This document shows positions 53,711-64,000 of a stretch of DNA of 64,000 nucleotides, in pieces. The notes under the pieces were generated by a model that searched no databases, was not told the origin of the DNA, and saw only the letters and a list, made by a program, of their open reading frames with translations. Both the position numbers and the translations under genes were made by a program. Every line of letters starts with the position of its first letter. Within the stretch, counting starts at the first letter, position 1. The DNA is from Girardia tigrina. Its lineage: Eukaryota. The stretch covers positions 9,470-73,469 of the forward strand of contig MQRK01224117.1 of NCBI GenBank assembly GCA_001938485.1, read 5' to 3'.

Positions 53711-54565
53711 TAACATGAGATCGATTGGTTACTCTTCGACGCACAGAATTTAAATTCATAAAAACTCTTGTTATTCGAAAATTTTATTTCGAATAGTTAT
53801 GACCAACACTGACTAGGTTTAAACATGATTTTCCCCGGCACATCTAATAAAAATTTGTTAGTTATATCCGTATCGAAAATATATAGTCTAAAAAAATAGT
53901 CTATTCTATATAGTCTATATAAACCTTTCTGGTCCAAGTTATCTTAATATGTATTTTGTTCTTCTTTTCACTAAATTTTACTTTTTTATCATTATTTATT
54001 TTATCAGTTATGTCATTCGTGGAACAATATGGATTTCGCGATTTTACTTATCGGTTTATCAGAATATGGAATGGATTTCAACAAGATTTCCGATGCTGTT
54101 TTTACGAAATCTGAGTCCATGATTCGTTCGTTCTACTTGAATTACAACTCAGATTTCAGTCTCAGTGAAATAATTCCCCCTCAGTATTCTGAGGTCAAAC
54201 ATGAGACATCACCCGAAGAAAATAGAGATGAGTTAATTCCTTTACAAGCAATAAAAACCGAACGAACAGTGAATGACAATGACTTAGCTTTTGATATTAA
54301 TGACTCTATACAAACATTCCCGAGAGGCAGAGCCACTCGAAAAACGAAAAATCAATCATCCTCATCCACTCAGATTTCTCGGGATGAAACTTCGGATTGT
54401 ATTGTCACGCGAAGTCTGAGAAGTCGCATAGAAACAAAGGAAATAATGAAATCAATAATCGAAGAAGAGAAGAAATCGGTGGGTAGAAGAGCAAGAAAAA
54501 GAAATGCAAAAAGTCCTTCTGAAAACCATTCTCAACAGTCAACAAAGAGAAGTAGAAAACTGTAA
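17869..54565 (+). CDS. RCOR: REST corepressor (CoREST/RCOR)-like ELM2-SANT protein; exons 17869-18047, 31618-31819, 31870-32423, 44152-44374, 44458-44532, 54008-54565 (1791 nt, 596 aa)
   Basis: GT-AG introns with matching phases (2,0,2,0,0). ELM2-like: FAVLP..CYWT..IDRFIEKAKEFN-YTEEQALAVLTYNQYDYEKSECDL. Degenerate SANT1: DFDDILLLFPGFTIGDVLGAYSKHR. Linker end EKVLDGFKNYLPNPNEFQQ joins SANT2 LCHSWNNMDFAILLIGLSEYGMDFNKISDAVFTKSESMIRSFYLNYNSDFSLSEII, which resembles CoREST SANT2. The ATG and the exon 4 acceptor are the least certain parts. Confidence 0.8.
18015..20880 (+). repeat. Degenerate tandem array derived from the RCOR exon 1/intron 1 junction
   Basis: Recurring variants of ATCGATTTATCGAGAAAGCGAAGGAATTCAAGTAAATTTGATT at about 18570, 18960, 19130, 19375, 20108, 20268, 20845. 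Confidence 0.7.
20937..20990 (-). ncRNA. Second copy of the minimal hammerhead ribozyme (inverted arm)
   Basis: Minus strand reads AATCATTTGTT-CTGACGA-T-GACGG-TTAAA-CCATC-GAAA-TTAA-TA-AACTTTGATT. Confidence 0.65.
21880..21933 (+). ncRNA. Minimal type-I hammerhead ribozyme in the Penelope pLTR
   Basis: Stem I AATCA(TT)TGTT / AAC(TT)TGATT; core CTGACGA (21891-21897); stem II GACGG-TTAAA-CCGCC; GAAA (21914-21917); minimal palindromic stem III A-TTAA-T; predicted cleavage after A21923. Confidence 0.7.
22040..22465 (+). mobile_element. Second, diverged Penelope GIY-YIG fragment
   Basis: IVYEYKCNGCDATYIGETARHLCKRIQEH...ERVSCEALLI. Confidence 0.85.
22624..23825 (-). mobile_element. Mariner (mellifera-subfamily-like), complete with TIRs, disrupted
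   Basis: TIR TTAGGTTGGGGAAAAAG with TA TSD on both sides; VTGDEKWVTYDN, AKPGLTARKVLLC, WEVLMHPPYSPDL, FFANKDQDFYERGIMKLPSKW. Confidence 0.92.
25710..27003 (+). mobile_element. Non-autonomous Helitron-like element with internal duplications
   Basis: 5' TA-rich start with a (GTTT)n tract; 3' hairpin CCTGTCA-TATA-TGACGGG a few bases before terminal CTAG followed by T; internal ~350-bp unit repeated. Confidence 0.75.
26543..26752. mobile_element. PIF/Harbinger-like MITE nested in the Helitron
   Basis: TIRs (T)GGGCCGTCCATAAA / TTTATGGACAGCCCC; 3-bp AAA flanks. Confidence 0.7.
27250..27900 (-). mobile_element. Very degraded Penelope-like RT fragment
   Basis: Remnants of YVD- and SP.S-type RT motifs on the minus strand. 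Confidence 0.4.
29119..30254 (+). mobile_element. Mariner (mauritiana/Mos1-like), TIRs flank an N-gap
   Basis: TIR TTAKGTGTATAACTTAGTTTTT with TA TSDs; VTGDEK, MLCIWWDQKGVLYYELL, LLHDNARPH, WEILPHAAYSP. Confidence 0.88.
31618..32423 (+). CDS. RCOR: RCOR-like exons 2-3 (ELM2 C-terminal part, degenerate SANT1), 50-nt intron 31820-31869
   Basis: YTEEQALAVL motif; GTGAGT donor and ttccag acceptor join ORFs 31574 and 31894 in frame. Confidence 0.8.
32468..37739 (-). mobile_element. Full-length but disrupted Ty3/Gypsy LTR retrotransposon (gag-PR-RT-RH-INT)
   Basis: LTRs 32468-32621 and 37588-37739 (TG..CA); TSD TTATT; primer-binding site TGGCGTCACGAG; PPT AGAGTGGGA; CYKCNKTGHIKRFC knuckle, YDTGAD protease, MPFGL/YLDD RT, YTDAS/RTDH RNase H, HSDNG/PQSNGLIER integrase. 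Confidence 0.95.
34423..34727. mobile_element. 305-bp AT-rich insertion in the Gypsy pol
   Basis: Flanked by a GGAG duplication; removing it restores the frame ALSSQPVLALP. Confidence 0.7.
38170..38870 (-). mobile_element. Tc1/IS630-like DD34E transposase pseudogene
   Basis: LDKVGF, FIMDNAQIHH and YLPPYSPFLNFIENIFS motifs (34 residues between D and E), frameshifted. Confidence 0.85.
39880..40560 (-). mobile_element. hAT transposase C-terminal fragment
   Basis: LKPINLAVETLGQRNANLLTAD; IQPSSIESEHVFSSS dimerisation-domain motif. Confidence 0.7.
41667..42130. repeat. Solo-LTR-like dispersed repeat (TG...CA, ~465 bp)
   Basis: Colinear with 51804-52269; partial copies at 14220-14450 and 43600-43765. 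Confidence 0.7.
42138..42575 (+). mobile_element. Degraded maT/rosa-type Tc1-mariner transposase N-terminal part
   Basis: IFFCDENIFTVN first catalytic-D motif preceded by HTH-like remnants. Confidence 0.45.
43076..43857. mobile_element. hAT-like non-autonomous element
   Basis: TIRs CAGGGGTGAGC / GCTCACCACTG; subterminal GAGCCC repeats; 8-bp flanks match at only 5 of 8 positions. Confidence 0.6.
44152..44532 (+). CDS. RCOR: RCOR-like exons 4-5 (linker), 83-nt intron 44375-44457
   Basis: Phase-compatible with the flanking exons; the intron joins ORFs 44219 and 44464. Confidence 0.65.
44690..45060 (+). mobile_element. piggyBac transposase fragment
   Basis: TLSRDRY..WHFSNN..RLGKI..VYNLMQDLSLDEG..RERL..IPSK. 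Confidence 0.8.
46070..46260 (-). mobile_element. 5' fragment of the same Helitron-like family
   Basis: Reverse complement of about 25720-25910. Confidence 0.7.
46364..46453. repeat. 90-bp near-perfect palindrome centred on (TA)n
   Basis: AAAATATATTTCTACTAGAATAATAAAAATACTTAATTTGTA / TACAAATTAAATATTTTTATTATTCTAGCAGAAATATATTTT. Confidence 0.8.
46467..46925. mobile_element. Tc1/pogo-type MITE inserted in (TA)n
   Basis: TIRs CAGTATACTACGGTTA / TATCCGAAGTAGACTG; TA flanks; internal CGGTTTAGCCG repeats. Confidence 0.7.
47990..49250 (+). mobile_element. Old, degraded Gypsy pol relic
   Basis: DKLDGKKYFTSIDLGNVYYQV and MPF RT remnants amid many stops. Confidence 0.55.
51804..52269. repeat. Solo-LTR-like dispersed repeat, second full copy
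   Basis: Colinear with 41667-42130; TG...CA ends. Confidence 0.7.
52530..52860. mobile_element. Penelope pLTR relic with a decayed hammerhead-like motif (~52820-52850)
   Basis: 52585-52700 resembles 21165-21280; CTGATGA-CGACG-CTTAAA motif is present but GAAA is lost. Confidence 0.55.
53012..53680 (-). mobile_element. Non-autonomous Helitron-like copy
   Basis: Reverse complement of the 25710-27003 family, including the terminal hairpin CCGTCATATATGAGGGG and TAG end. Confidence 0.75.
54008..54565 (+). CDS. RCOR: RCOR-like terminal exon (SANT2 plus charged tail with a basic NLS-like end)
   Basis: tatcag acceptor at 54007; W..D....IGLSEYGMDF..IS....TKS...IRSFY.NY SANT pattern. Confidence 0.82.
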   Translation, partial: LCHSWNNMDFAILLIGLSEYGMDFNKISDAVFTKSESMIRSFYLNYNSDFSLSEIIPPQYSEVKHETSPEENRDELIPLQAIKTERTVNDNDLAFDINDSIQTFPRGRATRKTKNQSSSSTQISRDETSDCIVTRSLRSRIETKEIMKSIIEEEKKSVGRRARKRNAKSPSENHSQQSTKRSRKL

Positions 54566-56899
54566 GAGGGATTTTCAAGAACAATTGAATAAAAACAATC
54601 GACAGCATGGATGATTTTATGATTGTTGAATGAACTGCTCTGGTTCTTTTGTGCTCGACCTTTGAAATATATTTTAGTTATTTTGTGTGTTAGGCTAGCT
54701 GAATCTTTCATGTGTATATATGAATAAATAAATATTGATTGGTTATATTGGCCGTTATCTCTCGATAAGTTTCCGATGGTGGAGTTTTCTGGATGGTTGT
54801 GCTGCACGGCGATCGGATCGATAAATGGTTTGAGCTATTTTGAATACACCAAAGAGGTGCTGCGTAAAATTCTGTTACTTGATACTCTGCTGTAACAAGG
54901 GGATTTAGAGGCGTTACTTGTTACATTAAATTCCTAGCAAATCTTAAAAGAAATTATTTTGATCACAGTTTTGCAGGAAATGAAGCCAGTTGTAATCTGG
55001 TGGAATAATGTCTAGAAACGCAAATCCACACCTGACGTTACACCGTATTTGGGCTGGATAAATGAGGCACTTTACTTTTACTCGCATAATATCACAGACG
55101 ATAAATGATTTTCAGGAAACGAAGAAATCCTTTGCGATCTCACCTTACATCTAGAATAATATTATCCTTTGGTGAACATCTTAGTTTGTCATTAAAATAG
55201 GAATTTTTACAGGTTGTTTATTTTAATTTGGGTTTATTCAGGTCTATACAATTCATACATTCCTTATATCAACTAGGATGTTGAGACTCTCTTCAAAAGT
55301 ATACGTTAGTAGTTAATGATTGACTCACTGATTATTTGTTTCTTGATCAACTTGTTAATAGTTTTTTATCGGAGAAATTAAAAGAATGATCGTTTACACA
55401 AACTTTTCAATGATGATTTTTTATGAGGATGATTTCGATCGTTTTTAATTCTAAGACGGCGGCTGTTCAAACTACAGGCTAGCAGAATATTTTCAAAGAT
55501 TGTCTTAAAAGTTTATTGTTTTGCAAACATATTATTTAGAATTACAAAACAAAAGTAATAAATTTAAATGGCAAAAAATACAGATCTAGATTTGATATTT
55601 TACCAGTGGTCATTTTCACTACCAACGTCCTTTAAGTGTTAATATCTCGGTTTGACTTAAAAACAATGAAGTTTCATTGGTCTTTAAACTCCGTAATACC
55701 GGCATGAACCACATACAACCAACGACCATGTAGAAACTCAACATTCACTCTGAAAGACGTTTACATAGAAAGTAACCCAGAGGATTTCATTCTCAAGAAA
55801 AATAATTTTAATGAACCAATAACGGTACCAAAATACTGTCAACATTGACTTACACTTTTGAGAAATTCCACAATGGAATTCAATGGTACATATTAATAGA
55901 AATCCCATTTTCATTAGGGGTCGTATAGACTAACTGGCGTTTCATATTCCGTGATGATGTTAGCAAGAAATGTTTCGCTATGGTGTGGAAATAGTAGAAA
56001 ATTGACCATGCAACAGTTGGGATGAAGGATACATATTTCACTAGTCACGAATTCGGAAATTCACTCAGATGATTTTTTCTGTCTGTTGTAAATATTTTTT
56101 CACAAAATTTCGGCTTTTCTTCTAAAATTACAATTGACCTTCCTTCTCTTTTCAAGTCGAAAACAGACTATTTTAAGCCTTTAAAGTAAAAAAACGCCAA
56201 CTGTAAATGTTAACACAATTATAATTTGGAATATAATTTTCACATGCTTCTTGTCATTGTTTGTGACTTTCAATGATGTCAATGTTTCTGAGAAGAAATT
56301 CGATAACGTTTATGTATTCAAACAATGAAGTCATGCTACACTTTGCATTCACTATGTATGTGTGTTCCATATCGTAGCTTACAACATGAGATCTAAATAT
56401 AGTATCATCATCATCGCTGATTCATTCTGAGTGAGGTTGCAGAGATCCACAATGCGTCACAGAATTGTGTGAGGCGATGGTGCATGTGATCTGACTGATT
56501 GAGGCTGCTACAGCACAGTGTGGTTCGAATTATCATCCATTAAAATTTAAGTGACAAAATAATCTCGATTTATTACATATTTATTTTTCAGAAAATTACA
56601 AAATTCGAATTTGTCACGCATTTAATTATTTAATTAGTTCCGTAAAACAACAAAAAATGTTGATGGTTTTTAGAGCCCCACATTGATTAACGAAAGAATA
56701 AAAATCAAAAGACAAATTTGAATTTTGGAGCGGAAAACGTGTTTCAAATATTTTTTTACCGTTCACAATGGTTCTTTCGAGTTGTTTTTTTACGTTTTTA
56801 TAATCTTTCAGCTTTAGCGATTTTTTAATATCCATTATTGAATTACATTATCGATTCGAATTTTTGTTATGAAACTATTTTCAAATTAGGCATTATTCA

Positions 56900-57540
56900 A
56901 AACCCTGAAGCAAATCGAAGACAATTTTTGAAAATTTTTATTGATACTGAAAAAATTGACAAATGAAGTCGAAAACAAATCCATTATTAAAACAAATCCA
57001 AGAAATCTATTATTACCGACGAAATCGGCGAGACGATCATTCGGTATGTGGAGGAGAAACCGCAATCGACATTGGGAGAGATGAAAAGGTATATTGAGGA
57101 GAACAGCGAAATCAATATATCGGAATCTACAATTTCCCGCTTCCTCACCGGTAAATTAATAACCATTAAGAAGATCAGGGGCTCCGTCCAAGAACAAAAT
57201 TCAGGTCGAGTGAAGGACCTCCGATTTCAATATGCCTGCCGATTTATGAAAGAAGATTGGCGAATGAGTCAATGTGTTTACATTGACGAAATCGAATTTA
57301 ATCTATGGACCAGCCGCCAATTCGGTCGTTCAAAGAGAGGTATTCCGGTGAATATTGTCATCCCAACAAACAGGGGAAAAATATGTCCCTCATTATGGCA
57401 ATAGGCAGGAAGGGTATCCTGCTATTCGAATTATATTGTGGCAGTGTGGATCATGCCAAATATCAATCGTTCATAAACGATTTATCGAACATTCTGCCTG
57501 GGAAACCGCATTATTTAATCCAGGATAATGCGAGAATCGA
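56900..57540 (+). mobile_element. Tc1/IS630-like transposase, truncated after the second D
   Basis: HTH ISESTISRFL; YIDEIEFNLW; LIQDNARI. Confidence 0.75.
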
Positions 57541-57544
57541 TAAT

Positions 57545-59565
57545 GCCGACGCATCGAAACTCAAAGTTCCGTACGTCACTAGTGAAACAATTGCCGAATC
57601 TGACACTTTAAATCACAAATGAAACTGAAAAAATGGATGTAATTCCCGAAGAATCGACATAAACTTTAACTGAAAAAGTTTCCTTAAAAACATGAAAAAC
57701 GACCGTCTTCGAATCGATACCACGATAAATCCCGAGAGTGAAACGGCGGCGGCGGAAAATTAAAGGTATTAATTTGTACCTCCCCGCGACCCGAAGTTCA
57801 CCTACCCCAGCCCTGGAGCGTCGCGGTTATGTAATCACTGCACCCTCTCTCGCGCCAGACATTTTTCCAATTTGATTTTGAGGTTGTGAGTGTGAAGTCT
57901 GTTGAAAACATTGTTGAGGTGTGCTAGATGTTCAACTTCATCGCGGGAACCGATAATTATGTCATCAATGTATGCAGCAGTGTTAGGTAGACCGCTCAGT
58001 ACTGTATCAATGTGACATTGAAACGTCTGGGATGCATTGCGAAAACCGAAAGGTATTCTGCAATATTCGAATAAACTGAAGGCTGTGGTGACGACAGTCT
58101 TGGGTATTTATTGCTCTTAAACTGGTATTTGGTGGTATGCCTTGGTTAGATCAATTGAAGAGAAAACTGTACAGCCAGCGATTCGCTGTAGTATATCATA
58201 TATCAAAGGCATAGGATAAGAATCCGCGATCGTGACTTGGTTTACGGCTCTGTAATAACCGCATATCCTTAAAGAACCGTCTTTCTTGGTGATAATTAGC
58301 AGGGTGGATGCCCATGGTGATGAGGATTTTCGAACAATCCCGGCTTTGAGGAGAAATTCGAACTCTTTTTCAGTTGCCTGTCTCCATTGCTGTGAAAGTT
58401 CATGCCAACGCGCTTTGATGGGGATGCACGGAGCCGTGGCTATCACGTGTTCTGTTATTGAGATAATTGAATCTGACCCAGTGATCTCCGATATGAGGGA
58501 GGGGAAGTCGTTCGATATGAGAGCTTAGATATTCTCGGTCAGTGAGTAGAGAATGGGCTGGTCCGGTTTTGACATCATCGTGTGAAGTTGATTTCTGAAA
58601 ATCAGGGTCTTGCGTCTGCAATCGACCAGTAGATCCTACACATCGAGAAAATCTGCTCCAATGATAGGTTAAATGACAGAAGCTATCGTGACGTTCCATT
58701 GGAAGAACTGAATGAGGATTGTGATGTGAAAGGATATATTTTGTTTTCCGTAAGTTGCAACAGGAGAATCATTGGCTGCGGTGAAACGTAATGCGGTTTG
58801 CGTAGCGGACGGAAAGAAAGTCTATGGAAGAACGGAAAGTGAAGAACCAGTATCAACTAAGAAATGTGTTTGATTTCGTGATAGCTTGGTAAGGAAGCAT
58901 TTACGGTGAACAAACCGCAGCGCTGTTGAACGGCGCTGTCAGTTTTCCGAAGGTTTGTATTTGCAGTCAGAAATGCATCTTTGTGCTCGCTCTCCATATC
59001 AGTGGTTAAAAATACTTGTTGTTGCAACATTGTTGCATTAGTGTCTAGTACTGAACGATCTCCGGTCCATTCACATTCAAGTTGACACTTTCGAGCTTTG
59101 CTGCCGAATTTTTGGTGGTAAAAACATAATAATCGAGATCTGCTGTTTGAGTGCCCTCGTTTAGATGCCGTGGCGGTGGTGCGTTTGGTCGTTAAGAGAG
59201 ATTTCAAATTGTTTACTTCCATCTGTTAACTTGAAATTTGTGCCGATAATGTCGTGATTTGATCTTCTGATCTGGGTTGTGGGGGTTTGTCTTCCTTCAT
59301 AAACATCATTGGATATCGGAGCAAATTGGGATCCGCGTGAGTACCCTGAATTGGTTGAGTGGCCAGGATGTTGTTCACAATGGTGGACAAGTCTTTGAGA
59401 TCCGTAATAGCTGTGCCAGCAAGTACGGCTTGGACTAGCGGTGGAAGGACCTTGAGGAAGAATCTTTTTAACATTACTACATTGAAAAAAAAATAATATA
59501 TCACAAAAGAATATGAAAGTAAGCTTTGGTACTGGTGGCTGCCGACAACCATGCTCTGCAAGCAA
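57545..59565 (-). mobile_element. Internally deleted Gypsy element (gag-PR-RT)
   Basis: LCFYHQKFGSKARKC gag; VDTGSS protease; SSPWAS..KKDGSLRIC, FSSIDLTKAYHQIP and YIDD RT; GGGGAGG PPT near 57780. Confidence 0.85.
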
Positions 59566-59894
59566 TTTTCTTTTTTAATTTAAAATAAACCTTCATCAAT
59601 CATTTAATAAGAGATAGGTGATACGTCAAAGAAAACTCATAGTAAGTCATAGAACTATTGATAAACAAATCCTGGAATTCGTCTTTTAATATTTTTATAA
59701 TTCAACATTGATAATTAAAAATAATTGAATATCGTATTAAAACCTGACATTTCCTCTGATAGCTGAAAATTAATTAAAATAACTTGGTTATTTTCCTATC
59801 ATAATTATTTGTTTATTCAATCTTGACTATTTACCTTTTTATCTACTTTTAATTTAATTATTTATATATAATTCATATTTATTATGATAAACAG

Positions 59895-61005
59895 ATATAA
59901 ACTACGCTATCTTACGCACCAAGGCCATGCAATTCGAGGACTTTCAAAAGACAGTTGAATCATTTGCGGGATTTTGTGAGAGAAATGAAGAAAAGGAAAG
60001 TTTGTTTTTCATTTACTTGGATCAAAGTCTCTTGCTATTTTACTTTAATGTTAAATTCGGAACTGTTGAAGGCGAATTATTGCAGGTCGATTACTGGCAC
60101 TCGAGCGATCGATATAGAATTGTGGCGCTCCAACCATTCCGATGGGCCGAATACGTGGAAGAAGTAAGAAATTCGAGGACGATTATTGAAATGTTGGTTG
60201 CACCGGTAATGGGAACTATATTTTCAGAAATGTCTAGCATAAGCTCTCTGTGGATGACAATACCAGTGACAACTTCAACACCCGAAAGCTCTGGTTCAGT
60301 CATGAGAAGACTCAAGACGTACTTACGGAGCTCAATGACAGAAAAGCATTTTAACAATCTTATGTTGATACATTACTATAAGAAAAGGACACACAAATTG
60401 GATATTCTTGCAATAGCAAGAGACTTTGTGTGTACCCACCCTCACAGAAAAGACTTTTTCGAGCATATATTTATTCAGTTCTTTTAAATAAAATTTAAAT
60501 AGTTTTTTTGGATTCAAAATTAAACTCGATCCTGTACTTTCGAGGGTTCTATAAGCTACTATTCCTCACGACTGTTTTTCTTATTTCCAGGCCCCCCATG
60601 TGTAAAACCGTTCCGGTGCCTATGATACGAGTCTGTATAAAAAATTCTTGATAAGAATTACAAACTTTAACAAAAGTTGAATATATCATAAAAACGTTGG
60701 CCATAATTATTTACAATTCCCCTCTAAATAAACATCTCGACCGCACTCAACCATTAAGACCCACATATCACCCGAAAACCATTCATTAATCTGTTATTCG
60801 GGTGGTGAGATCCAGAACATGTTGAATTCCAAGATCATCCGTTCTATGTGACATATTTGTTCTTCATTTACTGGGATCACATAATGTGTATAAAAAAGTT
60901 AAATTAGGAACCGTTGAAGGAGAATTATTGCCGTTCGATTACTGGCACTGGAGCGATCGATATCGAATTGTGGCTCTCCAACCGTTCCGATGGGCCGAAT
61001 ACTGA
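59895..61005 (+). pseudogene. Exon fragments of an unidentified gene family (59895-59999; 60060-60154; paralogous copy 60908-61005)
   Basis: The two copies of GTVEGELLxxDYWHxSDRYRIVALQPFRWAEY differ by 5 synonymous and 3 non-synonymous changes; flanking splice-like signals. Confidence 0.5.
60155..60620 (+). mobile_element. hAT transposase dimerisation-domain fragment
   Basis: IFSEM...TIPVTTSTPESSGSVMRRLKTYLRSSMTEKHFNNLMLIH. Confidence 0.8.
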
Positions 61006-64000
61006 AGCCGAGTCTCTGCACTCAAAAGCCGCACTGGATTAATCGATCCCTCGATTTAATTTCGTCAATCGGGGTTTAAGTCGACCATCGTTTTGGTCGT
61101 ATCAGCGGGCCATCGAGTACCATCAAGCCCAATCGACAGAGATAGTGGTCACCTCTATAAAGACTGAGCCTACGGTGGCGTGCCACCGTTAAAAGTCATA
61201 TTTTGTAATCTTTTATTATTTATAGACACAGTTACACTTCATTCTTAATTTTTTTTATTTGAAAATTCTGTTTCCAAAATTGTGATTTAAATGTAATATC
61301 CAGTGCCCTTGATTAATGTAAAAGGGCCATAATAAATTTTAAAGTTGACTATAATGCAATTCTTTTTAAACAAATTTGTTAATATTGATTTTGAATTGTT
61401 ATCGTCATTCAAATTAAATTAGTTTGTTTTTTTTTCATTTTACAATTTCTAATTTTAATAAATAATCATTGCTCATGCGATCTGATTTTTCGCGGATTTT
61501 TCATTTTTTCTGTGGTAATCCGCGGACCGCAGAATTGTCGTGTCCCTGATTATGAGTAGCAATTAAAGTAAATTCTATGTTAATAAAAAAATATATTAAA
61601 TTGAAAATGAAAGACGAAATAAAATTTAACAAAAAATTGTGACAAGTAATAAAATTAATTTTAAACTACAAACATCAATTTTAAAATTAAAATTTATATC
61701 GATATTTGTTTTTAGTATTTTTTACACTGGTTTGCGCAAAATAAGAAATTTCCTCAATAATTTGTTTAAAAATAGTTAATTGTTATAGCGTTATGAATTC
61801 TGTTATTGATCACGAACCAGCAATATATATCGTCTATCACGAAATATTTCATTACTTAAATAATACTTCATTATTTCATTAAGGTAAAATCAAACTAGCT
61901 CTTACAGTGCTTGAAGAATGAAGATAATATTTAGAATTTATAATATTATATTATTATTAATATATAATAAATTAATTAATAAGATTCGGATTAATCCAGA
62001 AAAGTCATCTTTGACTTTTAAGCTTAATTTTCTTCACAAGAAAATCTCAATAGTTCTTATGAGGGGTTAATTTTAAATTTTTATCTCGCCTGAATAGTTT
62101 ATTATTTTTTTTAATTTAAAGGGTAAAATATTTTTATGTTAATTTGCTTATTAAATATTTTAAAAAATTAAANNNNNNNNNNNNNNNNNNNNNNNNNNNN
62201 NNNNNNNNNNNNNNNNNNNNNNNNNNNNNNNNNNNNNNNNAAATGTCAAGAAAACAAAAATATTAAATATTTATTTATAAACAAAAATATTTTTAATAAG
62301 AAATTTTAAAAATTGATTTTGAAAATAAAGTTTAAATAATTTTTTTGAAATAAATTTTCAGGGTTTTAAAAATTAAATCGAAAAGAATTTAATAAATTAA
62401 TTTGGGTCGAGATAATTAAATTAAATTAACAGGAAAATTTGTTTTAGAAATGTGAATTGTTATAGTAATAAATTTTTGATGGTGTTAAATTATGGCTTTA
62501 GAATGTGAAAGTGGCATAAACGCTACTTACAGTTCTCTTTATGAAGAACAACACAATTATCCACCTCCAAAAACCAAAATAGAAGATCTCAAATGTTTTT
62601 TGTTAAGATAATATTTAAAAATTACGAGATGTATTTTAATACGTAAGAAGAATGTAGTTAAAATATTTCCAACAATTCATATTATGGAACTAACATAATC
62701 AACGTCAGTAATTCTTAGAATGTACCGACTTCTAAAAGGAAACAACCAACAAAGAACTTCTTCAAGATCTGGACCTCAATTTTCTTGTCTTTAAAATGAA
62801 GGTAGGATATGTTTAATGAACCGAATGTTACCAAATATTTTGATGCATTTCAGATGTTAAAACAAATGAAATTTGTTAAATAATCTGATCTTCTCCCTAA
62901 TTCGACCCAAACAATTAGGAATTCAAAGAAAGTTTGAGTGTATTTTTTGTAAATCTGAGACCTAGTTTTAGGAATCACCAAATATTGTAATTTATTAGGC
63001 AATATTTAAATGTTCTGGATTAATTAGAATAAAATGCCAAAATCTACTCATATTATGAATGCTTTATAAATATTTAAATTCTTTGAAAACTTTTATTTTA
63101 CTTATATAAATATATATATATATATTTTAATTTTCAAATTGTATAATCCAACCCTACGGATTTAACTACTACTTTTATTCATCTAAGGATTTTCGCTATA
63201 ATAATTGGAGCGGAGAATTGCTGATTTGACCGAACATTTTTGCCAGTTTTAGTATATAAATAAAATATATAATTAAATTAAATAAATAAAATCAAATAAA
63301 TTAAAAAATTAAATTAAATTCAAGTCAAAAGGATAAATAAAATTAATAATAAATAAATTAAAAATAATGTAACGTAAAAACTCTGGATAAAATAAACAAA
63401 CATACGACAATGATGTGTCGAAGAATAGAATCGGTTAAAACTTAAAAACAATGGTTGCATTTAATAAGCCATTTAATGCGAATTTTGTGGAATCATTCGA
63501 TTTATACAAAGAAATCGATAATGTAATCAAATGGTGAGCCTCATTGTTATTTAATGGAAATTTTTTCTCTGCATGTATGTAAATGATTGCAAGTAAGTTA
63601 TTGTGTAATGTAATTGCATGTTGTGTGAAAGGACTGTGTTTGTGTATGATATGTTAAATGATTGGTGAATGTGTGTGTTTGTTATGTGTATGTTAAATTT
63701 GTGATTTGTTGTCACAATTTTTTAAAAATTAACTTAAAAAAAATAAATGCGCCAATCTGTCTTAGTTTTTTTAAATAAAATTTTGTGAACAATCGTCAAT
63801 TTTCAATTTAAAAAAAGAGAATTTTGTCAATAAAATAAAAAAAAATAAATTGACAAAAATAATGAAAATGTGGGAAAAATTCGGACATGAAGTTAAAAGC
63901 CAATATAAAGATGAACAACTGAAAGTCATTTGTTCAGCCAATTTAAAATTGGTGCCTGAATTCATCATAACATCGATAAAGAGTGCGCTATCACTCGAAG

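Noticed and set aside
54600-55200. Minus-strand ORFs downstream of RCOR
   Set aside because: No coherent exon chain or known motif; probably 3' UTR or intergenic.
61003-61060. TGA readthrough or selenocysteine after RWAEY
   Set aside because: No SECIS-like structure recognised and the downstream frame closes after 17 codons.

Overview
AT-rich eukaryotic (metazoan-like) scaffold with five N-gaps and many transposable-element (TE) relics. Two spliced host genes can be rebuilt by hand on the + strand with consistent GT-AG phases. One is a 6-exon SETD8/PR-Set7 (KMT5A) H4K20 methyltransferase (3558-13053, 273 aa). The other is a 6-exon, divergent CoREST/RCOR ELM2-SANT-linker-SANT corepressor (17869-54565, 596 aa). 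Their introns are either tiny (47-83 nt) or very large (2.9-13.6 kb) and filled with TEs: three mariners, several Tc1/IS630-type elements, Ty3/Gypsy retroelements (one full length with ~153 bp LTRs), Penelope-like elements, non-autonomous Helitrons, hAT, piggyBac and MITEs. Most notable: (i) an inverted Penelope pLTR structure carrying two minimal type-I hammerhead ribozymes; (ii) a sense Hsmar1-like mariner in the last SETD8 intron with an in-frame acceptor that could give a SETMAR-like chimera; (iii) intron growth by tandem amplification of the RCOR exon 1/donor junction; (iv) a foldback element made of inverted 21-bp arrays; (v) a duplicated exon of an unknown gene with complementary splice lesions around a hAT fragment. 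All family assignments are from motif recognition by eye, not database searches.
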